Positions 1 to 13,019 of a stretch of DNA of 64,000 nt are shown in pieces. The DNA comes from Eledone cirrhosa. Taxonomy: Eukaryota. The stretch covers positions 238,886,001 through 238,950,000 of the forward strand of contig OZ024743.1 in NCBI GenBank assembly GCA_964016885.1, given 5' to 3'. The translations under genes and the position numbers were made by a program. Position 1 is the stretch's first letter; the number at the start of each line of letters is the position of its first letter. Below the pieces are notes generated by a model that was given only the letters and a program-made list of their open reading frames with translations, had not been told where the DNA came from and did not search any database.

Positions 1-1091
1 CGAAAAAAAGAAAACAGAGAAAGAAAAAAAAAACTCAACAAAGCACAAAAACACCCACAATAAAAAATGCAGACATCACCCACGCAAACATCTCCTCAAC
101 AACACCTACATCAACACCACTATCACCATCACTAGAACCCCCAAACGCAAACAACCTAAACAGACGCAAGAACAAATACACACACAAACATCTGAAACCA
201 CAGACACCGCACTCACAACAAACAGACACAACCGAAACAACACCATCAAAACCATCACCACCACAGCCACGCAAACAAATAAAATCACACCAACAAAACA
301 TACAAAACTTCGTGCTCGTCAGGAGGTCCAACAAGTTACTGATGGCCCTCGTAGCACAAAGTGAAGATATGCAAAAAGAGGGGGAAACTTTTAAATCGAG
401 CACATTTCGCGTGCCGGAAGATTTGTTTCTGGTGCGAATGTCGCACGATATATTCAAAGAAATACGAGACAGCTTTACTCGGGACGCGGGAACCCCGAAC
501 GTAAAACCCAATTTAAATCTTTTAAAGGGGTTCCCAAAAGAAACCCTACCAACTATGGAGGTCAAATCACCCGACCTTCACAAGAGCCCTGAAGGTAAGT
601 AAACCTTTCCTCTCTCTCTTTTAGCTTGCCAACATGGCCGTATTAAGAGTAGGAAGTTTAAATATTCGAGGCCTGGGATCGTCCTGGAAGTAGGGTCACC
701 TGCGCAACGACCTCCATTAGCAAGATCAGGATTTCCGACACGCGCGCACTAGTCCCAATTTTCGACCACTATCAGATCTTTGCATCTGTTAGTCGGTCGG
801 GAATGGGAGGTGTGTGGTAGGTTGGTAAATTTGAGGAGGAGAGGGTGCCCTTCCAGGGTGCTCTCGAAGCGTCGGGTTGTTCAGGATTGGTGGGGTACCT
901 GATCGAACCCTAGGTGGTAATCCCCCCTATTGGGGAATTTTTCTTGTTGTATTTTTCTTGTTACTTTGTTATTCTTATTCATATTGTTTACTCGATTTTT
1001 CTGTAAAACCCCACTGTCCCAGTCGCTTGTATTGTCCCCTATATGTCGGCCCTTGTGGCCAATAAATGAAATCATTATTATTATTATTATT
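1..1091 (+). mobile_element. Internally deleted L1/Tx1-like non-LTR retrotransposon remnant (ORF1 tail, start of APE endonuclease, 3' UTR, (ATT)n tail)
   Basis: ATG at 634 reads MAVLRVGSLNIRGLGSSWK*GHLRNDL, homologous to the APE N-terminus at 3097 (MTSLRTGSINARGLGSSWKQGHLLNDL). AATAAA at about 1061 is followed by (ATT)n at about 1074-1091. Confidence 0.75.
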
Positions 1092-1256
1092 GAATGCCAT
1101 GGTTGACGGAGGCTCGGCTCTGTAAGGTATTGTAAATTTTGTCCGCTATAACAATTGTAAATTGTTTAAAACTTTAACCAAACTGTAGACAAAAACACCC
1201 TCCTCCTCGTGAGAGGGGTCTTTCTGCCCGTCATTTGGCCCTTCGGGGTTAAATAA
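1092..1256 (+). mobile_element. Short 3'-terminal LINE fragment, probably related to the flanking copies
   Basis: Ends in ggcccttcggggttaaataa, resembling the ggcccttgtggccaataaa end of the upstream copy. ttattg occurs on both sides. Confidence 0.4.
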
Positions 1257-1307
1257 CCGCTTATTGGGGTTTTGTGACCAATATTTATTTTAAACCCCCA
1301 AAAAATC

Positions 1308-3061
1308 ATGGCTACGAAAAATAATTTTCACAAGTCACTCCCACTCATTCCGTCTTCTTCTTCCTCAATCGTCACTACAGCAGAGAGAAGATTGTCTCTC
1401 TCCCTCCCTTCTCTAAATGTGTCTCTCTCCCCCTCTTCTCTTTCGCAAGCGACGCCAGCAAAGAAAAATAGTTTACAAAATCACGTGCAAATCAAGGAAC
1501 ATTTCTCCACGACGACGACAACGACGAAAAAGATGTGAGGGAAATACGAAAATCCATTTCATTCGTCTGACGTCAGGAATAATAGCAGTAGCATATTTTT
1601 CGAAACCCAACAGCACTGTACGGTCACGTACCGTACAGTAAACACAAAATCCCGTAGCGTTGAAAGAGCCACAGAGGCTCAAATACAAAAAGCCTTAGGG
1701 TCTGTGTGGCAGCGGAAAACGCATATCACCCGAGGCAAGAAATATGCCACCGTAGACGTGCTTTTTGTCACACCCCAGGAAGCAAAGGCTCAATCCTTAG
1801 TGACCCTAAGGAGCGAGGAAATGGTGTTGGTGCCCTCCTACTGCGGGCAAAAAATTGTGAGGGTCAAACTGACCCAAGACACCCCCCCTCCTGGGATGGC
1901 CCCTTCTTGGCTGATCACGTCTGTCCTCGTCGGAATCGAGGACAAAACAACTGTACTGCAAGTACAGAAAAAAGTAAGAGAAGATTGGGTCGGCACCTCC
2001 ATTGAGATGTTAATCCAAACCAACCAGGAGTGCATCGAAGCTATCCCGGATGTGATAGACTTCGATAACGGCACTCAACTTCCCATAAGTGTTGAGGGCA
2101 AACGCCCGAAAAGCTTTCGCTGTGGATCGAAGACTCACCTCAGAGCCTTCTGCAACGAGAAGACCCTGAGAAAGGAGAAAACCCCTCCTTCCGAAACCGG
2201 CTCCACGGCTACCAGCAACAGGACAAGCGACAACCAGGAACGATAGGTCCGTGGCACCCATACCCACTCCACGGAAATCAAGAACAGCAGCAGCAGTGGA
2301 AGTATTAACAACAACAACAGTAATACCAAATGCAGCTGCAACAGAGACTCCACTGCAAACATCACCAACAACAAGAAGTGAAAGAGTGTAGCTGGTACTC
2401 CTCCCCGACCTCACAGAATCAGACATGGAGTGTGAGTTGGGAGAGGGATGGCAAAAGGTTGTAAGAAGGCACAAACGCAGAAGCAGCGCATCGTCGCCTT
2501 CGAAAAAGGCTACTGCAAAGAGACTCACAGCAGCAACACCACCAACACCATCACCACCCACACTAGCACCACCATCACAACCGGCGACAACCCTACCGCC
2601 AACAACAACAACACCTTCAACACCACAAGCACCAACATCGCAAACACAACAACAAAACACACACACCCAGCAACAACGACAAGAAAATAGCAGAACCACA
2701 CCCCACCCCCAGAAAAACAAATGCACGGCAATAAATACACACAACAAGAAACTAATGACTTACATAATTGAACACAGACATTTCACAGCACGACTACATA
2801 ATACCAGCACCAATCAAAACGCCAACGAACATAAGACTGGTAAAAATAGCACAGAAACAATACACAAACATTAAAACGAAATTCCCCAAAGCAGTTGGGG
2901 ATTTCAGAGACCTAGGAGGGACTCTCAACCGGAGAGTATATTCGTACATACTCATAGAAGAGCCGACGACCAGCCGAAGGGACGATTCAACGGTCCCTTC
3001 ACCAGACGATCAAGTGAAAAGGGATGGAGAAACCATCCTTCCTCTACGAAAAGAACGGTAA
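1308..3061 (+). pseudogene. LINE ORF1 (gag-like nucleic-acid-binding protein), disrupted
   Basis: Fragmented ORFs 1308-1538, 1704-2246, 2425-2874 and 2768-3061. Degenerate zinc knuckle SFRCGSKTHLRAFC (CX2CX4HX4C with first C lost). Thr/Pro/Gln-rich tail. Confidence 0.7.
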
Positions 3062-3096
3062 GTCGTCTTTCCCATCTTTTCCACTCCATTTTAAAC

Positions 3097-5520
3097 ATGA
3101 CCTCACTCAGAACAGGCAGCATAAATGCGCGTGGTTTGGGGTCGTCATGGAAGCAGGGTCACCTGCTCAACGACCTCAGGTCACTAAACATAGATGTAGT
3201 GGCCTTCAGCGAGACCAGTACTCCGAAGCACGGGCCTTCGCACCGATCTTCGGCGGCTACGATGTGTACGCATCTCCCAGCCGTCCTGGATCGGGGGGAG
3301 GAGTTGCTGTGCTTTTTCGGAGAGGTTTGGATCTCGCCATACGGGCCATCTTCCTGAACCCAGAGGGTAAGTTGGTGGTGCTGGACGTGACCAGCGGAGA
3401 CGAGCAAGCTTTCAGGCTAGTGGCCGTCTATGCCCCGACAGGAGCAGGGCGGCCTGATTTCTTCCGGCGTCTGGAGATCTTTCTTGGAACGTCCCGCTCT
3501 TTAGTGATAGTGGGCGACTAGAACGGGATCTTAGATGCACGCTGGGACTGTGTGGGATTAGCGGATAGGGGTGGAGGGTGCAAGAGCCTCACCAACCTGC
3601 TCAGGCGTTTTGAACTGTCTGACAGGTACCGATTGGATTTCCCGAATGTGCCAATGTGGACTTGGACAAATCGCATAGGGTCATCCAGATCATATCTAGA
3701 TAGAGTATTTTGTAGGGAAATAGATAGGTCTAGCATAGGCTGTCCACAATTCAAGATAGTCAGCTATACGGACCACAAATTTGTGATCTGTGTGCTTGAT
3801 TTAGATAGGCTTCATAGACGAGTACCCTGCTACTGGAAGCTAAACTCTTCCTTACCAGCGCGCAAGGCCTACAGAGACCGGATTAGTGAACTAGTTAAGC
3901 GGGCGTTGACGGGGGCCATCGTCAACAACAAGTGGTGGTTTGCTCTGAAAAGAGCGATTAGAATAGAATCCATTAGGATTAGTAAGGCTTTAGCAATAGA
4001 GAAAAATAGAGCAGAGGGAGAACTAGTTAGAAAATTAGACGAGCCGCTTAGCAAAAGCATCGCGACCGACGTGCTTGCGGCGAAATTGGCCCTTGACCAA
4101 TTCTTCAATGTAAAGCACGAAGGCTGCGTTGTCAGAGCTAGGGTGCGTGCTCTCAGACACGAGGGGACGAAAGCCGTTCAATGGACCCGAGTGGCGGAGA
4201 CGCGTCGTGGCAACAAAGCCACGATCCGGTATTTGGTGGACCACGACGGGTGCATGCTACTCGATCCCGGGCAAATGTGTGAAGCTTTTCAGCGACACTT
4301 CGCTCAGCTGTTCGGGGTCAGCGGTTGGCCGGGTCGAGGGATAAACTTTAGTGTCTACCTCGACGGACTGCCGCGGCTCTCGGCCACTGAGGCGAAGTGT
4401 TGCGAAAAGCCGATAAGAGCCGCTGAAGTACGGGAGGCAATGACTGGCTGCACAAGAGGTAAATCGCCTGGTTTGGATGGTCTGCCCTATGAACTTTACG
4501 TACAGATGCGTGACTTGTTCGGAGGCCTCTTGGCGGATGTCTACTGCAACTGGCAACAGAACGGGAGAATTCCCAGCTCCGTGAGCCGAGGAGCGGTGGC
4601 ACTCCTGAGAAAGGATCAGAACAAGGAGGATAACATAGATAATTTCAGGCCCATAACTCTGCTAAACACAGAGTTCAAGATTTTGGTCAAGGTGCTAGCA
4701 AAGAGTTTGGCGCTTATCGTTGGTGGTTGGTGGGATAGGCGCAGACATGCGCCATTCCCGACAGATCCATCCACGACAACCTCCACCTCATGCGATACAT
4801 CGTAGAGAAGGTAGCTAGGGAACCTGGAACGGGTGGGTCTTTGATCAATTTAGATCATTTGAAAGCTTTCGATAGGGTCGACCATCGTTACCTAGCCGCA
4901 GTCTTGAGGGCGGCTGGCTTTGGGCCCGTCTTCAGAGGCTGGATCGCTGCCATGCACAGCGACATCTGCTCTGTGGTGAGAGTCAACGGTCACCTTTCGG
5001 AACCGATCAACATCATGCGCTCGGTCCGCCAGGGATGTCCCCTCTCGTCCCTCTTGTACGTATTGACTCTCGAGCCATTACTTCACAAACTGGAGACGTT
5101 TAGGGGAGTCGCGCGCGAACTAGGATGCTTAAGATCCGTGTCAGCATATGCGGACGATGTCATCGTAGTGGTGTCGAATGCCAAACACATCGAGGCGATC
5201 GGTACTACACTAAGAGAATACGAAGCGGTGACAGGAGCAATGATCAACCAGGAAAAGTCAGTGGGCCTGCAGCTCGGCACATGGAGAGGCAGGTCTATGC
5301 CGTCCAACAGCAAAGTCGGACGCTGGACGGATGGACCGGTTAAATTGCTAGGGGTCTGGTTCGGTTCGGACATCCAGACGGACAAACACTGGGACGAGGT
5401 GACGAGCAGGTTGGCTTCTCTCACCCAGAAATGGGCGGAGAGGAAGCTATCCCTGAAAGGTCGAGCGGAGGTGGCTAACGCGTACATCGCGTCTGTCATC
5501 TGCTACCGCCTGCCGTCGTA
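3097..5520 (+). pseudogene. LINE ORF2: APE endonuclease plus reverse transcriptase, with frameshifts and a premature stop
   Basis: Motifs GSINARG, VYAP, IVGD*N (TAG at 3519), YLDRVF, TDH, WKLN, KSPGLDGLPYE, FRPITLLN, KAFDRV, RQGCPLS and AYADD, spread over several frames. Confidence 0.93.
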
Positions 5521-5589
5521 TCTTGTCCTAAGCCCCGCCTCACTGTTATTCATGTATATAAGTACATATTTAAATATATAATTATATAT

Positions 5590-5689
<100 letters not shown>

Positions 5690-5708
5690 TATATATAGAT
5701 AATTTAAT

Positions 5709-5830
5709 ATATCAACTAACATAAGCGCACAGATGCACGCCTATGCCAGCAAACACACAGGTTATGTCATAGTACCTAGGTGGTTCAATGCAGGAGGATG
5801 CAGAACAATAATATAAAAGACGTCTTTTAT
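5709..5830 (-). mobile_element. Fragment of the 546-bp HHR-bearing repeat family seen at 26750-27784
   Basis: Shares gttatgtcatagtacctaggtggttcaatgcaggaggatgcagaacaataatat with 26811-26865 and 27358-27411. Flanked by (AT)n. Confidence 0.75.
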
Positions 5831-6339
5831 ATATAATTATATATATATATATATATAATTATATATATATATATATATATATATAATTGAAAAAGTCGAG
5901 AATAACATGGTCAACAGTACAAAAAAGGGGATTTATTTGCAGTCTAACAATTGTTTCACCGATAGAGTTATCTAAAAATTGCTGAACACTAAAAGCAGTG
6001 CCACTCAATTTTAAATACGATGTTAACTCTACTAGATCATTGGAAACTGATCAAAACATATATGTGTAACCGGCAAATTTACAAATTCAAATTACATCAT
6101 CAATAATAATATTAATAATAAAGATGTAGAGAGAAAAGGAGGAAAAAAGGGAGATAGCTTTACTTAAGGCAGGCCATAAAGAAAATACATACCAGATACA
6201 AAAAATAACAACACACTTAATATTAATAGCACCATCCACACCTATAGAAACAACAAACCTAGAACTAAACATAAAAATTGGCAACATGCACGTAAATTAA
6301 AGGAACAGAATACTATTACAAAGACCACTAATAACTATA

Positions 6340-7149
6340 GAAGATGCCGAAATAGAAACTACTTATGGTTCAATCCTATGTTTAACCCCTCTATAAAAAC
6401 TAAGCTACCTTACACTTTCTTAAAATTAGTTGACAAACATTTCCCTAAAATTCATAAATATCATAAAATCTTTAATAGAAAAACTATCAAACTATCATAC
6501 TCCACTGCCAACAACATAGAATCGCACATACACAATATTAACTATAAAAGAACGTATAATACAAGTGGCCCACAAATAAGTGCCATAACACCAAATACAA
6601 AACACAAGCATATAACATCATCACAACCAAACTCGCGTCAGAGCACATCACCACAATGCGTCAACAAACCCAATTCTCATCCCATACATAGCAACCTGCA
6701 AAACCATTTAGAAGAACCGGCGCATAGAAAAGCATCTAAATGTAACTGGCACCTAACTGACAAATGCCATTTACAAAACAGATGCCAAGAGACAAATATA
6801 GTATACCTATGTACTATAAATTCAGGTAGCTTAGGACGGAATTACATTGGTTCCGCAGCTGGAGAGTTTAAGAAAAGGTGGTACGTACATAGACACTCTA
6901 TGACTAACATGAATCTCTGAAAGACAACGACTCTCGCCAATAAAATCTGGCAAATTAAAGATGCAAACATAGAATATAAAATCAACTGGACAAAGCAATC
7001 AAATTGGTATGTCCCACTGTGGTCTCTGTAATATGGAACTTTTTCAAATTTTAAATTAAAACAAGATTCTTCTTAACAGTAAAATTGAAAAAAACATTTT
7101 TTGTCGACATAAATCAGCAACTAAATTTGAGAACTTTAGACCAGCTTAA
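6340..7149 (+). pseudogene. PLE linker plus GIY-YIG endonuclease remnant (Naiad-like)
   Basis: WFNP..FLKLVDKHFP..HKYHKIFNRKTIKLSYST, Cys-rich linker KCNWHLTDKCHLQNRC, NIVYLC..NYIGS..FKKRWYVH. Stops downstream. Confidence 0.85.
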
Positions 7150-7456
7150 TTCCATCTTATCTATCCCATAACCCAGATTGTACCACTTGGATCTATTATG
7201 ATATCACATTATCAGCATCATCATCATCATTATAATTATTACTATAATTGTCATCATCTATCAAAGAACAACAGCAAAACCTCTTATATTTACAATTTTA
7301 TTTAATATATATATTTTTTTTCACTCTTTATCTTAATATGTCTCTCCCTAAATTTATCTTATAATTGTCATTCTATTTTATCGTATAATATAACTTAAAA
7401 CTAATTAATTAATTTATTTATTAAAATAACCATTACACATATAAATATATTTAACA

Positions 7457-8020
7457 CTAGCAGTGGTACCCGGCGTTGCACGGGAAAATGTATTTTGGAA
7501 CGCGGGCCGCCAACAGAACTAATCGTGGAAAAACTGTATGCCTCGACAATATGTAAAGAAAATAAAGCGAATACTCTGATGGCTGGATAATCTTTAAGAT
7601 TTTACTAGATGAAGAAGGAAAAATACGGACCCTAGGGGATCAAGAAAATGAATTTTTTTATGTGCATAATATGCCTTGACATTTCGGGAAAATCGGCTAG
7701 ACGTAACGCCTCAACAAAGCTCTAAAATGTTGAAAAAATGAAGTTTTTCACCTAATGCGGGCCCTAGACCATAAAATAGTTGGATTTTTTTTGCTCACCG
7801 TATGAAGAAGAGACTGACTAATACATAGTTACAATTTCAAGGAAATCAGTATGAGGTAACGCCTCAAAAAACACCAAAAAACCTGAATAAACGCAGTTTG
7901 TCACCTAGGGGGAAAAAAGGTAATTTTTTTATGTGCATAACACTCCCTGACACATAAGTAATACACCTGTAAAGTTTGAAAAAAGTCGGTTGGGTTATTC
8001 TCGAGTTTTAGGGATTCAAA

Positions 8021-8113
<93 letters not shown>

Positions 8114-8430
8114 ACACACACACAGACAGACATCCTCAGGGTAGTGACGTAATGCAACAGCCAGACATACAGACAGATATTATAAGGGCGCGACGTTATA
8201 TGTATGTATCTATGTAAAAAGAGAAAGACTAAGAATTATAGAGAGAGATCGATAAATCGCCTAATGCGGTCCCTAGGGCATTGCCAATTTGAAATTCTTT
8301 TTTCTCAGAATGCTCCCTGAAACATAAGTATTACATGTGTAAAGTTTGAAAACAGTCGGTTGGGTGGTTCTCTAGTTTTAGGGATTCAAACTCACACACA
8401 CACAGACATCCTCAGTTTTATATATATAGA
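7457..8430 (-). mobile_element. Non-autonomous Helitron
   Basis: Minus strand starts TCTATATATATAAAACTGAGGATGTC and ends cccgtgcaacgccggg hairpin ...CTAG followed by T. It has an internal duplication of its 5' part and a (CA)n tract at about 8023-8123. Confidence 0.85.
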
Positions 8431-9485
8431 CTAGCAGAAAGCCACCCGGTGGGCGGTTTTCTGCTAGAAAATCTAGTGTATATAGTGATATTGTTGAGAT
8501 TTGGATGAGAAATATTTTCGGCACCACATGTTCACCGTCTCTCGGTGTGTCTTTTATGGATGTATAAATATATATGTTATCTATACGGTGAAATCTCTGA
8601 AATAAATATATGTTAAAACGAAAAAGGAGAAAATAAATAACTGGCGGTTAGAAAAAATATTCCTATGAATTTGTAATCATACCATTAGGTGTGAATAAGG
8701 AAATATTTTTTTATTGTCAAAACAAATGTTCAAAAGTTAAACTTCAATTTTTTGAATTATTTCCAATTTTTTCATGAAATTGAACACTGGACATTGGCTG
8801 CTGGAAATGGAAATTAAGTCGTATTTAATTGTATTTAAATTTCTAGCCTTATTTTATTATTTATATTTTTTCAATAAGAAATAAAAAAAAACAACAAAAA
8901 AAATTGAAGAAAAAAATTGAACAAATCAAACGTAGGTTATGGAACTGCGCAATCTGATTAATAAATTACCTCATCAGCAGCAACCTTCTTCAAATGGTCC
9001 TTATTATCAGCAGCAACAACCACAAATTCAATGGCAACCTTCTTCAAATGGTCCTTATTATCAGCAGCAACAACCACAAATTCAATGGCAACTTTCTTCA
9101 AACCACAAATTCAATGGCGACCTTCTTTGCATGGTGTCAAGTCAGAACCGCCTCGAACTGGTTACTTCTGGCTTGTACAAGGTGTCTCTATAGCAACCAG
9201 CGATTCCCTCGGCCTCAGTGACCAAAGTCAGTGGCGAGGGGAAGGTAATGTTTCTATAGCGACAGTGTTTCTCTTGGTACTACCAAAGTGGAGAAAGGAA
9301 GGGGAAGGTAATATTTCTGTAGCACGTGTTTTAGCGTCTATTCACTATCTCTCTCTCCCTCTCTCCCTTCCGCTATCCCCCTCTCGTAGTCTGTCTCTTT
9401 CTTTCACTCTCACTCTCTCTCTACGCACGTGTTTCCACTGTCGGACAGACAGACAGAGAAATTGCTGGTTATATATATAAGTAGA
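8431..9485 (-). mobile_element. Second non-autonomous Helitron (different family), head-to-tail with the first
   Basis: Minus strand is A|TCTACTTATATATATAACC ... GC-rich hairpin ...CTAG. It contains about 60-bp tandem repeats at about 8970-9120. Confidence 0.8.
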
Positions 9486-9887
9486 TTACCATATTTTCAC
9501 CATTTTTTCATAATTTTTTTTATATATATATTTTAATTTTTATTTACATTTATTTACGCATTAACGCTTATTCATCTATTTGTCTCCCTATCCTTCTTCT
9601 CTTCTCTCTATCATACGTTTATTCTTATTTACGTTTGTTACTCATCTATCTACCATCATATTCTTCATCTCTTTATATTTCTATCTATAATAATTTCTCC
9701 TTTTCTTCTTCTTTCTTTTTTTCTTTTTCTTTTTCCTTCTTCTTCTTTTTCCTTCCTTTCCTTTGTTTCTTTACTGTATGTATCTCCCTGTGTTCCTCCT
9801 TTTCTCTCTAAATCTTTATTGTTAATATTATTATTGATGATGTAATTTGAATTTGTAAATTTGCCGGTTACACATATATGTTTTGAT

Positions 9888-9997
9888 CAGTTTCCGATGA
9901 TCGAGTAGAGTTAACATCGTATTTAAAATTGAGTGGCACTGCTTTTAGTGTTCAGCAATTTTTAGATAACTCTATCGGTGAAACAATTGTTAGACTG
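9888..9997 (+). ncRNA. Type I hammerhead ribozyme variant (CCGAUGA core, 79-nt stem II)
   Basis: Stem I cagttt/agactg, core CCGATGA, stem II tagagtta/taactcta, GAAA, palindromic stem III acaattgt, GUU triplet. A mutated inverted copy lies at about 5940-6049. Confidence 0.7.
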
Positions 9998-10310
9998 CAA
10001 ATAAATCCCCTTTTTTGTACCGTTGTCATGTTATTCTCCACTTTTTAAATTCTATTACTGCAAGATAAACTTACATAGGAATACAAGTGAAATCATAAAC
10101 TCGTCATCTACGTAAACCTCTTGTTGAGTTAAGCAACGCCGTACGCTAGCACTATCCATAATAAGAAATATTCACAACCTCTAATTGGATTACCTATAAC
10201 AATATTTTGTTATCCTTTATATATATATATACACATTCACTGCTTATCTACCTATTTATCTCTCATTCTCTGTCTCTCTCCCTCTGTCTGTCTGTCAATC
10301 TCTTTCTCCC

Positions 10311-10359
<49 letters not shown>

Positions 10360-10424
10360 ATCTCTCTCTATATATATATATGTATATATGTATATATATT
10401 TAAGTATATATGTATATGTGTGTT

Positions 10425-10538
<114 letters not shown>

Positions 10539-11093
10539 TGTTTATATATATATGTGTCTGTGTGCGTGTGTGTATGTATGAATATAAATAAAATAAAAAC
10601 ATAGAAATATTAATAACCCAGCTAATAATAAAATTAAATAAAACAACATACAACACAAAAGGAAACAGAAAAAAACTGCCGACTAGAAACCTTTTCCCTA
10701 GAAGGAATTAGTTGGCTAAACGACCTAATCATGTGACATACAGCCCCTTCAGACGTATTCCCTGGTGAGAGGTGATGAAAATGTTATCTATTCCTTTGGG
10801 GAAGAGGACATTTGATATCATGTTCTGAACATTTTAGAACTTCGAATGTTTTGGCTGATTTAGCAGTATAACAGAAGAATTAGACGTTGATGATAATCTA
10901 TTTTGCTTCCACTTGCTTGCATTTACGTACACTGGTACATCATTTTATACCCACACACACAACCACACACACACACATATACATATACATACATATATAT
11001 ATATATGTTTTCTATACCTTTCATTTATATATATATATATATATATCTACCAACACAAATTTTCAAACTACTTCTGAATTTACTTTGTCAATT

Positions 11094-11173
<80 letters not shown>

Positions 11174-11307
11174 ATATACACACAATGATATGTATAATAT
11201 ATTGAGAGGGAGAGAGAGAAGGAGAGAAGGATTATACCAGTTTAAACTAGTAAGACCATAACTCGGCAGAGCACAACAACAGCTCAGTCATCGGGCGCTG
11301 ACTCTCT

Positions 11308-11346
<39 letters not shown>

Positions 11347-11919
11347 GTCTCTGTGTGTGTGAGTGTGTGTGTGTAAAATTTCTCTCATAATCTCACCTGA
11401 CATCGAAATATAGGTAAACGAATATAACAGCAGAGGCTCACCAAACCAAATACCATTACTCGGCTATAAAATGACAACGTATATCACAATTGCTTAGTCA
11501 GGAGAAAGAGAAATATCCATGACCCTTTTATTGGAGACCTGACCCAAACGTTGCTAAAGAAATCTAACTGACGGTTGATGGCGTTAAACCAGGCGATTAA
11601 CACACACACAAACACACAGCGTCCGAAACGTTAAGACCCTCCTCCTGCTATATCAAGCGTTAACCTAATATAACCCTTCCATATACTGTACCGATTGTGT
11701 TGTTATTTCTGTTTACCTTTTACATACATATATATGTGTGTGTGCGTGTGTATATGTGGTGTGTGAATGTCTGTGTGTGTATGTATGTGTATGCAAGAAT
11801 GTGTGTGCCGCTGTGTGCATGTATATGTTTATATGTATGTGTATATTTGTATGCATGTATTTCTGGCCTCAACAGGCAGAGAACATATCGCATTATATAT
11901 ATTATTTGGCAAAACCCTT

Positions 11920-12075
11920 ATTAATGATTGTATGACAATTAGCAAAGTCGTTAAAACATCCGATAGAATTGTTTGCGGGGTTCGTCCCGACTCTTCAGTT
12001 CAAATCCCGCCGATGTCAACTTCCCCCTTTCATCCATTCCAGGTCGATAAAAAAAAGTACCAGTGTCGAAAAATA
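11920..12075 (+). mobile_element. tRNA-derived SINE (family with cctttcatcc...gtcgataaaa core), degenerate
   Basis: B-box-like gttcaaatccc followed by the same core as 16415-16602. Confidence 0.7.
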
Positions 12076-12132
12076 CTGTGTCGATTTTTCTCACTTCCTT
12101 TCCCTTGGTGCTTCCCTCGAAGAAATCTGCTA

Positions 12133-12723
12133 CAGGTAAAATTCCGTTATAACGAATTTTTCATTATAACGAAATTTGTTTTCTATCCCCGAGGTAATAA
12201 CAACCAAACGCTCGATTTGTTTCGATCGATCTCGTTATAAAGAATTTTTCGTTACACGAATTTTTTTATACCCATGAATTTCTTTATACTCAGGCCTGGA
12301 AAGGGATGGTAACCGCCAGTTTTAAAGAAATCCCCTAAGAAATGCCATGTGTCAATATGTCACCCCTACGACTCCCTCACTAGTTACGAATTCATACAAT
12401 ACTATGAACTTCAAAACGGAGAGAAAGAGATAGGTTGAGAGACAGAGATAGAAAGATAGAGAAGATAGATATAAATGAGGAGATAGATATATCAGTACAG
12501 ATATATACAGATACGGGTGGGCAGATAGATATAGATGTGTAGATATATACAGGCAAAATTCCGTTATAACGAATACTATTATAACGAATTTTTCAGTATA
12601 ACGAAATTTGTTCGATCCCTGGCCACACGCTCGATGTGTTCGGTCGATCTAGCTATAATGAATTTTTCATTACAACGAAGTTTTTTTAAACCCTGTGAAT
12701 TTCGTTATCACGGAATTTCACTG
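12133..12723. mobile_element. Tc1/mariner-pogo-type MITEs: complete copy 12550-12723 plus partial copy from 12133
   Basis: TA|CAGGCAAAATTCCGTTATAACGAA ... TTCGTTATCACGGAATTTCACTG|TA, i.e. TIRs with TA duplication. Confidence 0.75.
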
Positions 12724-12774
12724 TATATATATATTGATAAGAAATTATGATAATAGGCAGGTAGATAGAGATAA

Positions 12775-12880
12775 TAATTGTTTCTACTTTAGGCACAAGG
12801 CCAGCAAATTACCCAGTGCATTACTGGTACTTTATTTTATCGACCCCGTAAGGATGAAAGGCAAAGTCAACCTCGCCGGG
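12775..12880 (-). mobile_element. SINE 3' half
   Basis: Reverse complement of the SINE core and tail at 16500-16602. Confidence 0.75.
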
Positions 12881-13019
12881 ATAGAGATAATAATAAATCT
12901 GTTAACATTTTGATATGTGTACAATTCTGTGGTTTATCATTCGCTTCTCATTCACAAATGTGAATACAGCATGGTCAAGAAGTTCAGTTAGCTAACATTA
13001 AATAACTGGTTGGATTTCA

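Larger units (their letters stand above)
1262..5545 (+). mobile_element. L1/Tx1-like LINE, 3'-truncated and inactive
   Basis: Disrupted ORF1 followed by ORF2 with APE endonuclease and RT motifs. It breaks off into an (AT)n tract at about 5550. Confidence 0.9.
5886..10051 (+). mobile_element. 5'-truncated Penelope-like element with inverted terminal copy, interrupted by two Helitrons
   Basis: About 5886-6142 is the reverse complement of about 9795-10051. GIY-YIG remnant at 6340-7149 and an HHR in the 3' repeat. Confidence 0.85.

Noticed and set aside
8939-9193. Gln-rich 84-aa ORF with repeats as a host gene
   Set aside because: It arises from roughly 60-bp tandem repeats inside a Helitron and has no recognisable domain. 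A captured fragment cannot be excluded.
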